A stretch of 62,764 nucleotides of DNA, counting the filler, from Choristocarpus tenellus KU-1152 (taxonomy: Eukaryota > Protista > Phaeophyceae): the NCBI GenBank assembly GCA_964200185.2. It is 12 parts of 12 records of this genome, joined end to end, with 100 filler letters (N's around TTAATTAATTAA, not from the genome) between each part and the next. Parts side by side here need not be neighbours in the genome. Positions count along the whole stretch, not along the records: positions 1 to 2,704 come from CAXNAD020025476.1; positions 2,805 to 8,933 come from CAXNAD020008873.1; positions 9,034 to 16,906 come from CAXNAD020005461.1; positions 17,007 to 20,049 come from CAXNAD020022736.1; 8 more parts are not named here. The stretch is one strand, 5' to 3'. Numbering within the stretch: the first letter of the stretch is position 1; every line of letters starts with the position of its first letter. Shown one piece after another: positions 1 to 17,825 of this stretch. Below the pieces are notes generated by a model that saw only the letters and a list, made by a program, of their open reading frames with translations, did no database searches and was not told the origin of the DNA. The position numbers and the translations under genes are program-made.

Positions 1-90
1 CCCCAATTCCTTTCCCTCTTTTTACATTAAAAATCAATCCCCCCCCCCCCCCCCCTTATCCCACTGGTCACGATTATTTCTGTTTGGTAG

Positions 91-1894
91 GCTGCCATGG
101 GTGAGGCAGAGAAGGCATTGGGTACTGCTCGTGAAGCTGCGTCCAAGGTGCTCGTCGTCATTGATGATGAGGATGACGAACTCATTCGCTCTCAGAAACC
201 CTCTGGTCCAAGCGAGGATGACCTGCACCCTCTGGAATCTGCTGCTAAGAAGGCTCGCAAGGCCTCCACCACTGCCTCACAGGTCAGGGTTAGGGTTAGG
301 GTTGCGGGTAGCATTAGGGTTGAAACCATGAGAGCTTTATCTGCAGCGCTGTGGAAATTTCTGGTGTGATGTGATGTGTATGTATATGCCTACATGTCAT
401 TTTTCCCAAGGATGTTTTTTGTACTCTTAAAAAAAAAATAGTGTGTTGGAATCCTCCTTACATTGCTTTTCAAATAGTGTGCTGTTGAAAAAAACAAATT
501 TGGAGTACACACACTAGCAGAGAGCTTGATACACCTTGGTTTGAAGTTAGCTTATCCTTCTACCTTACACATTCCACAAAAGTGTTTTTCTAGAGGCACA
601 GGCAATTTTATTGTGGATGTCAAGTCTTGGAAGTAGTGAATGATAGAGAGGGCATTTCTGTGTGTTGAGTATGGTTTGTGCCATGAAAAAAGAATAAATA
701 CTCCCTTTTCCCGGCCTCCACAATAAAATTGCCTAGAGTGTCAAGCTGTTCAACCAGTTCATACTGTTGGTGTGATAGTACATCCTTTCAATCCTTTTGT
801 GTCTGCTCTCCTTAGATTAGGAGCCTGTTGACTGCTGCTGAGGAGGATGAGATTGGTAAGTATGCTAAGGGGGTCATGGAGCGTGTACTTGCTGCATCAG
901 AGACCACTCTGGAGACCATCAATGCATCTGGCGCAATGTAAGTTCTCTTCATGACCAATACCAATACTAATACCATGCAGCTAGAGATAAACATGCAGGG
1001 GGGGGGGGAGTCGGGAGGCCTTGCAAATTGTTTTGAGCCTGTACTGTTAAGCCTTAATCAGCACTTCTGGCAGGCTGTGGGGAGGGGATGGGTAGGTGGT
1101 ATCTTCTTCTATCAATTTTTTCTACAACAATATAGGCAGTAGTTTGTGTTATGCAATCACAGGTTAGTGGACAGCAGGCAGGGTTGTTGTGGTTAAGGAA
1201 ACGAGCACTACTCTGTAGCACCCTAGAACAGATTTTCTGTGCTCTGTAGCTTGGGTTGAGGTGTGGCATTATTTTATACTCTGACACTGGCTCCTTTTGT
1301 ATGGAATGTGCGTTCGCTATATAATGCGTGTTATTGTGTACGTTGGGTACATTATTCTAGGATACAAATTGAATTAAACACTGCCATCTTCCCGTACCAT
1401 GATTGGTGGTTGACACAACCTGCAGTGGTAGATCCGGTGAGGTCTGTGATGTGCTGATCACATTCCTTGCAGCCCCAAGAAATCTTAATTTTATTTTACA
1501 TTTCTCATGTTCTTGTTTTTTTGTTATTGTAGGGGTAGGGGATGAAAATCACAAGGAAAGAGATTTTTTTTCATTAGAGTCCTGAATCTTCCAGTGTAGA
1601 TGGTTGTGTTGATATGTCAGTTCACCTTGATGACCATGGATAATCGGAAGGAAAATAACATCCTCATGTATGTCCTGGTTTTTTCAACCTTCCCCTCCTG
1701 TTGATAACCCCTGTTGGTAACTATTAATCTATCATAGTGCGGATAAGTTGGAGGCTGGAATAGCTACAGCAAGGGGTGGAGGTGAGAAGGCAGTTCTCAG
1801 GAGGCTGGAGGATGCACTAGACAGGCTCAAGGACCAGTTTACGGAGTTGGGGAGGATGGCCCAAGGGGCTGTGGAGGCTGCAGCGAAGTGTCAG
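91..1894 (+). CDS. Partial spliced gene, alanine/glutamate-rich helical (coiled-coil-like) protein of unknown function; internal exons 91-282, 816-937, 1738-1894
   Basis: Three AG/GT-bounded exons join in compatible phases (0, 2) into one frame: AAMGEAEKALGTAREAASK...ASQ|IRSLLTAAEEDEIGKYAKGVMERVLAASETT...GAI|ADKLEAGIATARGGGEKAVLRRLEDALDRLKDQF...AKCQ. No start, stop or family motif recognised. Confidence 0.7.
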
Positions 1895-2200
1895 GTAATT
1901 TTTTTTGCAAGATGTTTTTTTTGTTTAGTTCCTTGTGGTGGTATTTTGATTGGAAAGCAAGGTTTGACTGTGTTGATTGTGTCTTAACAGTGGTGAAAAG
2001 ATTGATGAAGGCTAAGCAAAAAGATAGGGGCGTGTAGTGTGCGTATCTCAGGAAAGTACAGTAGACCTTTTCATTTTTTTGTGTCGACTTTAATTAGCAC
2101 CAGGTGAGCAGTCTTAATTCTGAAACTTCCAAATGAGGGAAATTTGTTTAACTAGGGTCCTCTCCTTCTGGTGTGATACACATGACCCTCGTAGTCACTA

Positions 2201-2248
<48 letters not shown>

Positions 2249-2545
2249 TGTTCTCTTCTGACAGAAGACAGGAGACAGGAAAAGTGAAATAAAAATTGTG
2301 TAGGATACAGGTAGGTCATCCACTTCTGGTGAGGTGTTGTCGTTTTGTGACTATTGCTATTGGTTGGTTGGTTGAAAGAGGCAGGTATGCGGGGGGGGGG
2401 TGTCATCTTGATCTTTTTCGCTATATTTGATAACATCCAACTTGCTGGGCAAACAATAGTACGACAGTAGCAGCGCAACTTGCACCATGCTTACATTTTC
2501 TTGGATTGAGTTTTGTGAAAATGAGCAGTTTGTTCTTGTCCCACG

Positions 2546-2704
2546 TTGTTGTAGTCATACTCTATGGTAGAAGTGAGTGACACCTGTGTTGTAGTCATAC
2601 TCTATGGTAGAAGGGAGTGACACCTGTGTTGTAGTCATACTCTATGGTAGAAGTGAGTGACACCTGTGTTGTAGTCATACTCTATGGTAGAAGTGAGTGA
2701 CACC
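2546..2704. repeat. 40-bp tandem minisatellite, ~4 copies, running into the contig end
   Basis: Unit tgttgtagtcatactctatggtagaagtgagtgacacctg is repeated nearly perfectly. Confidence 0.95.
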
Positions 2705-2804
2705 NNNNNNNNNNNNNNNNNNNNNNNNNNNNNNNNNNNNNNNNNNNNTTAATTAATTAANNNNNNNNNNNNNNNNNNNNNNNNNNNNNNNNNNNNNNNN
2801 NNNN
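2705..2804. other. Artificial contig linker N44-TTAATTAATTAA-N44; also at 8934-9033, 16907-17006, 20050-20149, 28650-28749, 33208-33307, 38081-38180, 40684-40783, 43291-43390, 47502-47601, 51750-51849
   Basis: The same 100-nt spacer, with a 12-mer giving stops in all six frames, occurs 11 times. This is typical of concatenated pseudo-scaffolds. Confidence 0.97.
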
Positions 2805-2938
2805 TCTTTTTAAACCACCTTTTTCCCCCCCCTCCCCCCCCCCCCCCCCCCCCCCCCCCCCCGCCAAAAAAAACCCCATCATTCTCAACAAATTTTGACC
2901 CATTACCATTTTCCGATCACTTGGTTCTTACACTTTTT

Positions 2939-3120
2939 CAGTTACAAATAAACAGGCATTCAACAGGGTCACATGAGAAACATTTACAAATAAACAGGCA
3001 TTCAACAGGGTCACATGAGAAACAGTTACAAATAAAGAGGCATTCAACAGGGTCACATGAGAAACAGTTACAAATAAACATTGCAAGTCGGATCACATGA
3101 GAAACAGTCACAAATAAAAA
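2939..3120. repeat. 42-bp tandem minisatellite (~4.3 copies), probably intronic
   Basis: Unit cagttacaaataaacaggcattcaacagggtcacatgagaaa, degenerating rightwards. Confidence 0.9.
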
Positions 3121-3364
3121 CGCATCGGATCTCTCATTGTGCGTTGATCACAGAAAATTTACCCCCACACCCTGCATGTCCTGTTCAACTTGCATTGAGC
3201 GGTTCCGTTCCCCTCCAACAGATTACAGACACCCAATAAAAAAAATATGTATTGCCTCAGCTTGGCATCGTCTCTTGAAATCATTTTCTCTCTACCATGA
3301 CTAAGCCCTGCTTCACTCCTAAGCCCGTATCCCGGACTGTCACCCTTCAACCAGCTCTACACAC

Positions 3365-7738
<4,374 letters not shown>

Positions 7739-7759
7739 CTTCCAGAACGGACAAAAATA

Positions 7760-7955
7760 AGTGAGGAGAAATAGGAGGGTGAGAAAGGGAGGGTGAGAAA
7801 TAGGAGGGTGAGAAAGGGAGGGTGAGAAAAGGAGGGTGAGAAAAGGAGGGTGAGAAAGGGAGGGTGAGAAAAGGAGGGTGAGAAAAGGAGGGTGAGAAAG
7901 GGAGGGTGAGAAAGGGAGGGTGAGAAAAGGAGGGTGAGAAATAGGAGGGTGAGGA
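7760..7955. repeat. 15-bp purine-rich tandem array (gagaaa[a/g/t][g/a]ggagggt), ~13 units, upstream of a TPI acceptor
   Basis: Direct inspection. It forms a long pyrimidine tract on the coding (minus) strand. Confidence 0.92.
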
Positions 7956-10900
7956 AACACTCCTTGAACGTGTTTGTTCGGGTTGAATCCTAGAATTGGA
8001 CGTCAAATCCTGATAGACGAAGCGAGAGCCCGGAGCGCAATACACTGGTAGCTCTGAATCTTAGACGGTTAGTTCATTACCATCATCCCTTCCAAGGCCG
8101 GGGAAAAAAATCAATCAATCAATCAATCAATCAATCGATCGATCAATCGCCTCCGCTGTACAGCGACGTCAGAGGTTCGAGAGGAGCATCGTTCTTTTTT
8201 TTTTCCTTGTTCTTTTTTTTCTTTGATGAGACGGAATGGGACTCAAGGCGCACCGCAACACACGCACGCACGCACGCACGCACGCACGCTTCGAGAGCAT
8301 AAGCAAAATATCGTCATCATCATCCTCTTTTGCTTCATCAAAACATCATGGTCGAGGTTGTGGCCGTGTTGATGTTCATGTACCCTCTTTTGTCAACGCC
8401 AGCACGGGGAACGCCAACACACCGTGAACAGCGTGAAATAAGGTGTACCTCTTTCGAGATTGTGAAATAAGGTGTACCTCTTTTGAGATTATTTCCGCTG
8501 CAAGAAAAGGAGAGGCTTCGTTCGACAGCAGTAGCAACAATTTGAAAATCTATTTAGGGTTGGGGTTAGGGTTAGGGTACACATAGTTGCAAAAATAAAA
8601 AAAGGAAGCAATACAGTCTTATGTATGTAGGAAGGGGATTCGAAAAGCTTCTTCTGTCTGTATGCCTTGATAACAGGGGATCTTACGATATAGACCCAAG
8701 AGCCCGGTTCTACTCATTACATCTACTGCATATTGTTACGCATTGACCATAATCCACCAATTCACTGCCCAAACCACAAAATAAATTTCAAATTAATTAC
8801 CCTCCATCCACACCTTCCTCCCCTCCCTACCCCTCAACACCCCCCTTCCCCTCCCATCTTCTCTTCTCCGATCTGCCTTCCCCCCCTCCCCACCTTTCAA
8901 CTTCAACTTCAACAGGTTTTGAAAATAAATCGCNNNNNNNNNNNNNNNNNNNNNNNNNNNNNNNNNNNNNNNNNNNNTTAATTAATTAANNNNNNNNNNN
9001 NNNNNNNNNNNNNNNNNNNNNNNNNNNNNNNNNCTTTCCCCTCAGTAGACTTGCAAGGCATGCTTATGGTGGTTGATTAGTGAGAGTGACCCTACTTGTT
9101 TAGTTCCCAGATGAAGCAAAGTTAAAAAAAAAAGTAAAGGCCAACACCAATGACCTAAGTGTGAAAGCCTTGATCTGGGTCTACGTACTGTAGTATCTAT
9201 CATGTCTACTGTCATCTATTGCTGCTGTTGTGTGCCATACTAGAAAAGAAAGATGGCATCAGTGCAATGAAGTAGTGCTATGGAGTGTAGACTCAGATTG
9301 AGTTAGTATGTCATAGAAGTCGACATTGATTTTGTTTCCTTGACCTGGTCTGATCTGAAACAGCATAGGCTCACTCTTGATAAACTAATCGAGCTGTTCA
9401 AGTATACACTGCAAGCTCACTGAGGGGACAGTCCTTGCAGAGCTAGATGCAACTGTGGTTACCCATGCAGTGTCTTCAGTTGGATCAAATTATTGATACC
9501 TGTTCATAGGATTGAGTATGGGTGAAAGCATTGACCTAACAGGTCAATTGCAGTTTCTAGGAGTCACCTGGAACTGGATCATGCGCACCCATGAAGATAC
9601 AGCAGGACAATAAGATGTAAGGACCACTATGTCAGCAGGAAATGAGGGTGGTCTGAGCGTGTCCAGGGGAAGTGTGGAGGAAGGGGAACAGTCTGTGGGT
9701 GGGCAGCAATGCCCCATGGTTAAAGTACCACATTGCATTGATATCCCTGTTTTGGACTCATTCACTGAGAAGTCATGAGTGAATTAATGCATCTGAGTGA
9801 ATGATGCCTGTGTGAGGAGAGATTCTGCCAGCAGAGACAATCGCAGAGCCCTGAGAGTTCTTTGTGTCAAGATTTACAACCCCATTGTGGCCTTTACTGG
9901 TAGGTGTGTTGAAACACCAGTGCCAAGAGGCCTTTGTCTCCGAGGAGCAGCTTTTTAGACAATTGACATGGGTTTCAGCAATCTGTTGAACCCTAGATAT
10001 GGGAAAGGTTGATGCCCAGTTACATGCAGTCTTGTTATTGGGCGCATCCCTCATAAAAAGTACTAGAGAACTAAATTGCTGCATCCATTATGGTCATCTG
10101 AACGAGTTATTTTCCCTCAATGTTGTAGAAGAAACTGAAACCTGGCAACCTGGGCTGGTGAATTGTTGTGTGTGGTAATCCTTGCAAGGTCTAGACCTGT
10201 GGAATTCAGGGACCTTGTGCTTGGGGAGGTAAAGTGGCATCCTGATATCAAGAACCGTGATGAAGTGTTAGACCTCCTGCTTGGAGAAGCTGAGAAGTTC
10301 AACACTATTGAGTGTGCTATTGCATCCTGCCCTAAACATGGCAGGTTTGGGTCCTCACAAGGGTGGGGGATGTCTTTCAATATACCCAAAAGTGTCCCAT
10401 GTCAAATAGGCTGTTGACGGAGCTGAGGTATGGGTTAACTAAAGGTAAAATTCACTGACTCATGTAATAAATGTGGCAAGAAAAAAAAGAAAGAAAGGCC
10501 GCCGGACGACAGAGAGTTGATAGGTTATGGTATCACCATGGTATCACCATGGTATCACCATGGTATCACCCCCTTCACACAGCAACAACAATAACAGCAA
10601 GAGCACCAAGTTTGATTGCAGCAATGTAGTCGTTTTGATGGCTCCTTTCAGTAGGGATGTGTTGATGATCTTATTCAACAATTGTGCCCTTTTTTCCCGT
10701 AATGGCAGATGTCAAGGTGATCAAGGTTGTGTGCCACCCCAGCAAGCCCTTGAAATTCGAGCTAGAGCTTTTAATGCCATATTATGCCATACCGCTATAT
10801 ACAGTATGTGGTGGAGTATACAATGCTGTGGCATGTAGTACTAGTGTGTATTTGGATTAGTACCAAGAAGTGTATGACGTAGAGGTGAACAATAGTATCC

Positions 10901-12310
10901 CATCCCACTTCCTTCTTGTATCTTGGAATACACTGTTGGTTTATATCACCCTCAGAACAAGATGATTTGGTTGATACTTTATGTGAGGTACAATTTATTT
11001 CCCCAAATTCCTTTGGAACCGATTTAATATCACATGTTTGGAGTGTGGCTTATGCTTAAATATAAAACCGTATGTCCCCAAGAGCCATGGCAATCGTTTC
11101 ATGTGCCTCAGAGTCAGTTGTGGCCATAACATGTATGTGTGTAAAAAATCTGTACATAGTTATAGTCCAAAATGAATTTATGACAAATATTCATTGGAAC
11201 ATGCATCATATCAATAAGTATCATGAGATCAACCTTGAAAGGAGAATACAGCATGCAGCACATGGGAATATTGAGTGTTTCATACGACTTTCATACAGTC
11301 AACAGTAGTTTATGCCCCCATGGGTATTGGTTATGTGCTCTGCCAAATTTGTTTTATACTATACTGTAGCGTAGTGTTGGATACTATTGTATTATTGAAC
11401 AATATTATACAGGCTGTTGGATTCATATCGGTGGGTTCTGTAAGCGTTCTGCTGGAGTAGCATTATTATGTATGATGTATTATGGTGTGGTTTGTGTTAG
11501 TTTAGGGCTGAGCATGATGCATGTACTACCGTACTCCACATTATGGTACCTACTACTCCAGTAGTTGCTATTTGCTACAGTTAACCATGTACTCCTGATG
11601 ACCCTTGAAATTTGTATTCTGTTGAGGCTCCTATCATTAAAGATGGCAGTGCTTATTCTTTCTAAGGTTTGTAGTACATGTTTGACCAAACTAACTACAA
11701 TATTGCTGCATGCATTACGCTGTATATATGAATATATCGTAGTTACATGTGAAGTGTTCTATCTGTAGTCGGTGGAGACTGAGTGATGGCTAAGTTTGTT
11801 GATGTGTGTGAAGGGGTATGTATCAATTATGTACATACATGGTTACCTGAACATAGCATGTAGTCCACCTGTCTTTGAATCGTTATTTTGTTCTTAAGTG
11901 TAATACATTACTCTGTAGTATACCGTTAACATTGATATTTGTATAATACAGATATATCAATAACTACTAATCCAAAGTATTCATCAGTAGCAGCAATAAT
12001 CTGACCCTTTGAAGTATACGTTTTGTGTAACTTGTCTTTGTCATTTTTGTTGTTGTCCTGCACTCCTTTTAACCAATCCAATCCACTGGATGGGTGACCT
12101 TGTGTGGTTTACCACCTTCTTACCTCCCTGTTTACTCAGAGCAGCCTATGTGTATTGCCCTATTTGTTGTTTCTAATATAGTCTGTAGTGTATCTACGTC
12201 AGGTCAATAAAGATGACAAATAATAGCTTCTCAACTTGCACCACCACTCTTCCGACTGCTTGTCATCACCATAACCATCACCATCACCATTGCCCCTATG
12301 TTTTATCAAG

Positions 12311-14620
12311 GATGCTGAGTACTCTTCCAGTGTAGTGGCCTTTTATTTTGCGAGCAACAAGAGGTGGCCACAGCTGCAACACCACAATGTATTCCTCTCC
12401 ACAGACTGGAAGGGCAGTTGGGACTCAGCATTTGGGAAGGCCCCTGGGGGGGGACTGGGAGAGAGGTATGCAAAGGATGGTGGATGGCAGACATGTGTGG
12501 TATGGTCTGGTCCTTGCTGCATTGAACACTTTGATTGTTTGCTGTGCTCACACTGCCTTAGGCCCCATCCTAGCATCCCATGCACTTGGGAACCCATGAT
12601 ATGTTAGGTGTTACACACATATCTGACCTGACAGAACCCTGTGCCCATTGTTCTGAAGCTTGTTTTGTGTATATTGGTATTGAGAGTAGTGCGGGAGATG
12701 TGTGAAACTGGGTGTGAGACTGGGTGGGTTGCGAAGGATAAGTAAATGTTGTCACAATTCAACTCTTGAAAGACATTGTGCTATATGCTGTAGATGCTAT
12801 CCGAAGAGAGGGAGTTGTAACCTTCAGCAGATTGGATGATAATTTTTTTTTCTAGGAAATCACCCAGCCTAGTATCGATCTGTCCATCAACATGGTCCTG
12901 GTATGGGAGCTAAATCCAAGACGTATGTGGTACCAGCACTTGGAGAGGGATGCCATAATTGTCTCCCAATACAGGATCACTTACAAAAAGGTTGATTTTG
13001 AGTGTTTAGGGTTGAATGTGATACTTGAAGTTAGACACTTGATGTGCCCTGTCCCAATTGTCTAAAGTTTGTGTCAGACCGGATGTGATGTATCATGTAA
13101 TGAGACTATTGACTTTCCAAGCATGATGTACGGAGTATGCAAACTATATATTATTGGGAGCAATTGTTGTTAAGAACCGTTGGATGATCTTGACTTGAAT
13201 TTCTCCCCTCATATTGCCTTGGATGGAGCATTTTCCATGTTGCTCTTTGTTGTTGAAGCATGTACCACTAAAAGCACACCACTAAAAGCTCAGAATGTTG
13301 AAGTGGCATGTTCTGTGCCAGTTAGGACTATGTACTCAAGACATTAACCCTCCCTCCCTCCCCCTCCTCCCATGAAACACCTGACAATCACATTTGTGCA
13401 CAGGTTCAACTTTTATGTGGCTGCTCCTTCCCGAACAGACCCCTCTGTTTGTCCAGAGGATGGGGACGCTATCATGGTGCTAGTCCCCTGCCCAGCCCTT
13501 CCTGATGAGGAGGGTAGTACTGCAAAAGGTGGAGGTGAAAGGGAGGACTGGGTTGCTAAGGCCAGGGGTGGTGTTCTACACGAATTGGAGGGGTCAGCAG
13601 GAATGGAAGGGTTTGCCGATAGTCTGGTTGGAGAAGAGGTTTATGCACCCAAGACATGGAGGGATAGGTGAGAAGACAGCCTGGATGTTGAGAATAGAAA
13701 AGGTTTTGGTGCCATCTCACTCTGGCTTGAGATGTGATTGTGTGATTGCGTCACCCCCTTGATGCTTCTGTTTCACTTGTACCCCTCTCTCACTCGTACA
13801 CTTGGATGTGTTTTGCATTATGCATTTATGTAGGTGTGCACTACATTGTTGTTAGAAGTAATGCAGGTGCAACCAACAGCAGCACCACATTGTGAAGTGG
13901 TTGATGGATATTCCAGTTTGATTTTGTGTTTCATGCATATGCACACATGAGCATTGATTTGTACTAAGCACATTCTAAGCAATTGCTGAAGTTGGGTTGC
14001 TACGCTCTTACCGCTGCAGTTTTGGTGTGAACTAGATCCACCAATTGTAGTGCTCGGATTATGAACTGAAATTTGCACTGCTAGTCAAGTGGTCTAAGTT
14101 TGAGCTTGACGAGCTGTAGATCGCAATGATAATCGCAGTTCAAGCGATGGGTGAAGTGAAGTGAAATGAAACTCCTTTTTTATTGAACAAGTGATTCACT
14201 TGTATTGGAATATGTCTTGATGTGTAACTATTATAATTGTTGGAGGTACAGTGCTGTAATGTAAACAACTTGACTGGGGTACTCTCATAGTGCTGCTCAA
14301 TTAGTGAAGCCCATGGCCTTTGTCAATTTTGCATGACATGCTCTCTTATTTCTGAACCTCCCAACCCTTCCCCAAACACCCTCTTCTCATACAACAATCT
14401 GATGCACAGGTATAATCTGCAGAGAGGTGCAGCTTTTGGTTTGTCTCATGGCCTCAACCAGCTTTCGATCTTTAGGCCTTCCCCCCGGCATCCCACTATC
14501 AATGGGCTGTGGTATTGTGGTGCATCCACCAAACCTGGCAATGGTGTACCCCTTGTGCTCATTGGTGCTAGGCAGGTGTCAGATGATGTTGTCCGAACCC
14601 TTCGTCAGGGAAATACCTAA
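12311..14620 (+). CDS. crtI: CrtI-family (phytoene desaturase / carotenoid FAD oxidoreductase) C-terminal part; exons 12311-12465, 13404-13667, 14410-14620 (stop)
   Basis: Spliced DAEYSSSVVAFYFASNKRWPQLQHHNVFLSTDWKGSWDSAF...|FNFYVAAPSRTDPSVCPEDGDAIMVLVPCP...EEVYAPKTWRDR|YNLQRGAAFGLSHGLNQLSIFRPSPRHPTINGLWYCGASTKPGNGVPLVLIGARQV. These match the CrtI hallmarks L-x-HH-x-(I/V)F, P-S-x-T-D-P-S and GAST-x-PG-x-GVP. The phase-2 GT-AG junctions are consistent. Confidence 0.88.
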
Positions 14621-16703
14621 CTGATTGACCTTCAAGTGCTGCTAGATTGACTAACATTTTGTTGCCCTTCACTGAACTGAGGCACAAACCTGTAGTCCAT
14701 GGTCTAATCCCAACTTCGTCCTCCCTTACCTTGGAGATGGTGTGTGTCCCTTTCAACCGGCTTTCTGGACCCAACAGTAAATTCAAGTGAAGGAGCTATC
14801 CGTCCCCCTCAAAGCCTACTCTACTGGACAGAAACAGGTCTCCCAGTCATTTGCTTGACACTACCTACTATTTCAAGTCTCTGCAATCTTCCATGACTGA
14901 GATCACACGAAAGTTTGAGAGGTGCCCATCGCCATTTTGTCTCTCCATCAAATCAGCTTTTTTTCTATCACCATCACAAATGCTAACAACCCGAACCTAG
15001 AAGGTCAATTTATGGTAGAAGTGTGAGGTTGAAATGGCCAAATATTCTCAAGAGACACTTGAGAGATAAAGATAATGCAACACAGCACTACGTGAGGATT
15101 CTCAAGACTGGATACACCCCCACTGCACTGTTCCGTAGTCATGCAGTGGAGTTTCGAAAGTAAAATAGTTCCTACAAATGCTTAGGCATATTTCAAGGCA
15201 ATTCACACCTGTTTGTAACTTGAGTCGAGTGACAAGAACGTGAGGAAAATTTTGGTGCATTTGTACGTGCAACTGCTCTAGTCAAAATGGAGGAGAGAGC
15301 TTTTGCTCGTTTCCAAAAACAGGATCGCTCCTGGTCATTGGGCAAGGGAATAGCCCATTTAGTCCCTGTTACTCAGGTCTCATCACAACCGTGTAACATT
15401 ATAGCAACATTTGATTTTGAAAGTAGTGGAAATATGCCTATTAGGAGACTCACCCAATTCTCACTTCTATACAAGTAAGTGCATATTAGATACTTCATCT
15501 GTGATTTCGATTGGTGAGCTCAGTGCGGAGTGTGTTTCTTGTGTAAAAAAATGATCAAGAACTTCTCGCTTCCTTTATTTTTGTACATGGGGGTAGTAAT
15601 GTATGGTGAGGTGGTGGGTGAGGAGAATCATGCCTCTTCTGTTGGAGGAAGATGATATATTCTAACCAATGTTCACATGATGGATGCAAATGCCAGCGTG
15701 AGAATGAGAGGTGATGTGGGGGGGGAATGGTGACAGTTTGGTAAGGGCAAAAGGGTCTCAAGCAGACAGATGCCTCTGCATTGACAACCTCCTCTCACTC
15801 ATCAACCTGACTGATGCCATGTCTGAAACATGATCGGGGACCCTACCTTGAATTATCTGACCACTGTAATGTAAAATCAATATTTTCCGGCTTCTGAGTC
15901 AATCCCCACCAAATTGCTAGAAGTTGACCCAAGGAGGGGGGGATCTTGTACAACTGATAGGGCGTGCTATCCAGTTGACCCCTGAGGATTGCATGGGCAC
16001 ATTTCTTGGCCAACAAGGTGGTTGCTTTTACTTTCTTGGTTGAAACAACAATCCATTACTGCAACCTGTTAAGAGCTGAGGAGCAGATTGACAATATGGA
16101 AACCGCCTTCATTACAAGTATTTCCCTTCTGAAGCTGAAGAGGAATTTTCTTGGATGCTAGGTAGTGCAAATTGTGTGGAAGAAAATTCAAGGAATGGCA
16201 TAATGCACGGGGCCTTTTGAAGGGACACACCTCTGTGGCACTGGTGCTCTTGTCTGCTGTTGGTCATGGTCTTCTGGATGGACTTTCCTCCATTTTCTTC
16301 TCTTCCTTTCTTATCTAGTTTCTGATCTCTCTTCCCCACATCATATCACACCACACCAGTTGTTATCATTCAGATTGTTTTTTGGTTTTTTGATTTTCTG
16401 AATGAACAGCGGAGGGGTAATAGACCTTCATTTCGGTGCTGGTGCATAACGGGACCAATTTCTTGGTACAGCTGGGTCCTGAACCTTCTCTTCCTACTGC
16501 ATTTGACCCTTCTTTGTTTCCTGTTGTGTTGTTTATATTTTTTCCTATTTTTTGGCACATATATTCCTACTCTATACTATGGTTTTCAAAGGTTTCTTTG
16601 TTACGTGCATTTCATTGCCAGATATTTGGAAGTTGGTTCTTTCTGCTCTCTTCAAAAATATTTTTTTCTGTAACTGCTTTTGACCACGGGTCCGAGCATA
16701 TCA

Positions 16704-16906
16704 GAGTGAAAGTATCTTAGAGGGTACGAGTTATTCCCTGTTTGTCTGTTTGGGACTTGGCTTCCCATGTTTTATTAATGACATTTACCTACTCCAAAGT
16801 GTTTCGGAGTATGTAAAATGTTTACTTTATGAAAAGGTGTGTCCGGAACATGGATATTGACACGTCCTAACAAACACGATAGCCAAAATTACATCAAAAT
16901 CGCAAC
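16704..16906 (-). mobile_element. MITE family A (Sola2-like) copy 1, truncated by the contig end
   Basis: Begins gagtgaaagtatcttagagggtac. The internal sequence matches the other eight copies. Confidence 0.9.
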
Positions 16907-17009
16907 NNNNNNNNNNNNNNNNNNNNNNNNNNNNNNNNNNNNNNNNNNNNTTAATTAATTAANNNNNNNNNNNNNNNNNNNNNNNNNNNNNNNNNNNNNN
17001 NNNNNNGCA

Positions 17010-17590
17010 TCCCACGAATCTAACAAGTCCCTCCTTGCCCATCTCCCTGGTGTCTCCAGCTTAAGGCGATTGCTCGTATGGATAGGGCTAGCTGTATTAA
17101 AACAGAAACTATCTGTCATAGGCGGGTTTTGTCAGTCCCCTTCCAGTTATAACCTCCTGTCCCTCTCCCCCTTACCACGTACATAGCTAGCTCATCCAGA
17201 AAACGTTCCGCTTGCTTGCAAAGACCCCCAAAACTTTCCACCGCGAAGGTGTTGAGGGGTGTAACTATGAGGGTCAAAAGAACCATCTTAGTGGGTGCGC
17301 TTTCGTGCCTCAGTTGCAGCAGCAGCTCTACCATTGCTGGTGGATGAGTGGGGAAGGTGGGAGGTTGTCTGCACTTCTGCGAATGTAACATCTAGCAGGA
17401 GGCCATTGTCCCGGTAGGGGGCTGATCCGGCATCCGCCAGTGCCCCTCCCCTGCATGGAAGACCAGATCCATGCGGAAATTCCGGTCACTTGTGAAGGGG
17501 CTACCGCGCTCTATATTGCAAGGGATGCCCATTCCGTTGCATAGTTGACCAAGAGGTTTCACCATAGGGGTGTGTTGTCGAACCTGGCCT
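17010..17590 (-). mobile_element. Relic of a CRE-like non-LTR retrotransposon (restriction-like endonuclease end)
   Basis: Frameshifted ...FTSDRNFRMDLVFHAG...GLLLDVTFAEVQ...AAAATEARKRTH...TFAVESFGGLCKQAERFLDELA fits the R-x-D / D-V-T / E-x-x-K / F-A-V-E-x-x-G pattern. Homologous to 40804-41290 and 41790-42230. Confidence 0.7.
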
Positions 17591-17640
17591 CCTAATACTA
17601 TCGACAAAGTACTATGTGGAATTTCAATGCTAGTAACCTG

Positions 17641-17825
17641 AGATTTGTACACGTTTGGTCTTTCCAATTAAATCTGAACAAAATTAGACTTTGTACACAA
17701 TTAATTGTTCTTTCTATCGAATCACAACGCAAGATTTGTACACGAATTATCTTTCCTATCGTATCACAACATAAGATTTGTGCACGAATGTTCTTTCCTG
17801 TTGAATCACAATGTGAGATTTGTTG
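17641..17825. repeat. Degenerate 42-46-bp tandem repeat (agatttgtacacg...atcacaac)
   Basis: The core agatttgtacacg recurs at 17641, ~17686, 17732, 17774 and 17816. Confidence 0.8.

Noticed and set aside
9400-10420. Possible host exons or gag-like ORF
   Set aside because: Frames have multiple stops and no diagnostic motif. It is probably a decayed TE but is not assignable.
17641-17825. CRISPR-like repeat-spacer array
   Set aside because: The 'spacers' are homologous to each other, the core is short and degenerate, there are no cas genes, and the context is eukaryotic. The same applies to the 40- and 42-bp arrays at 2546 and 2939.
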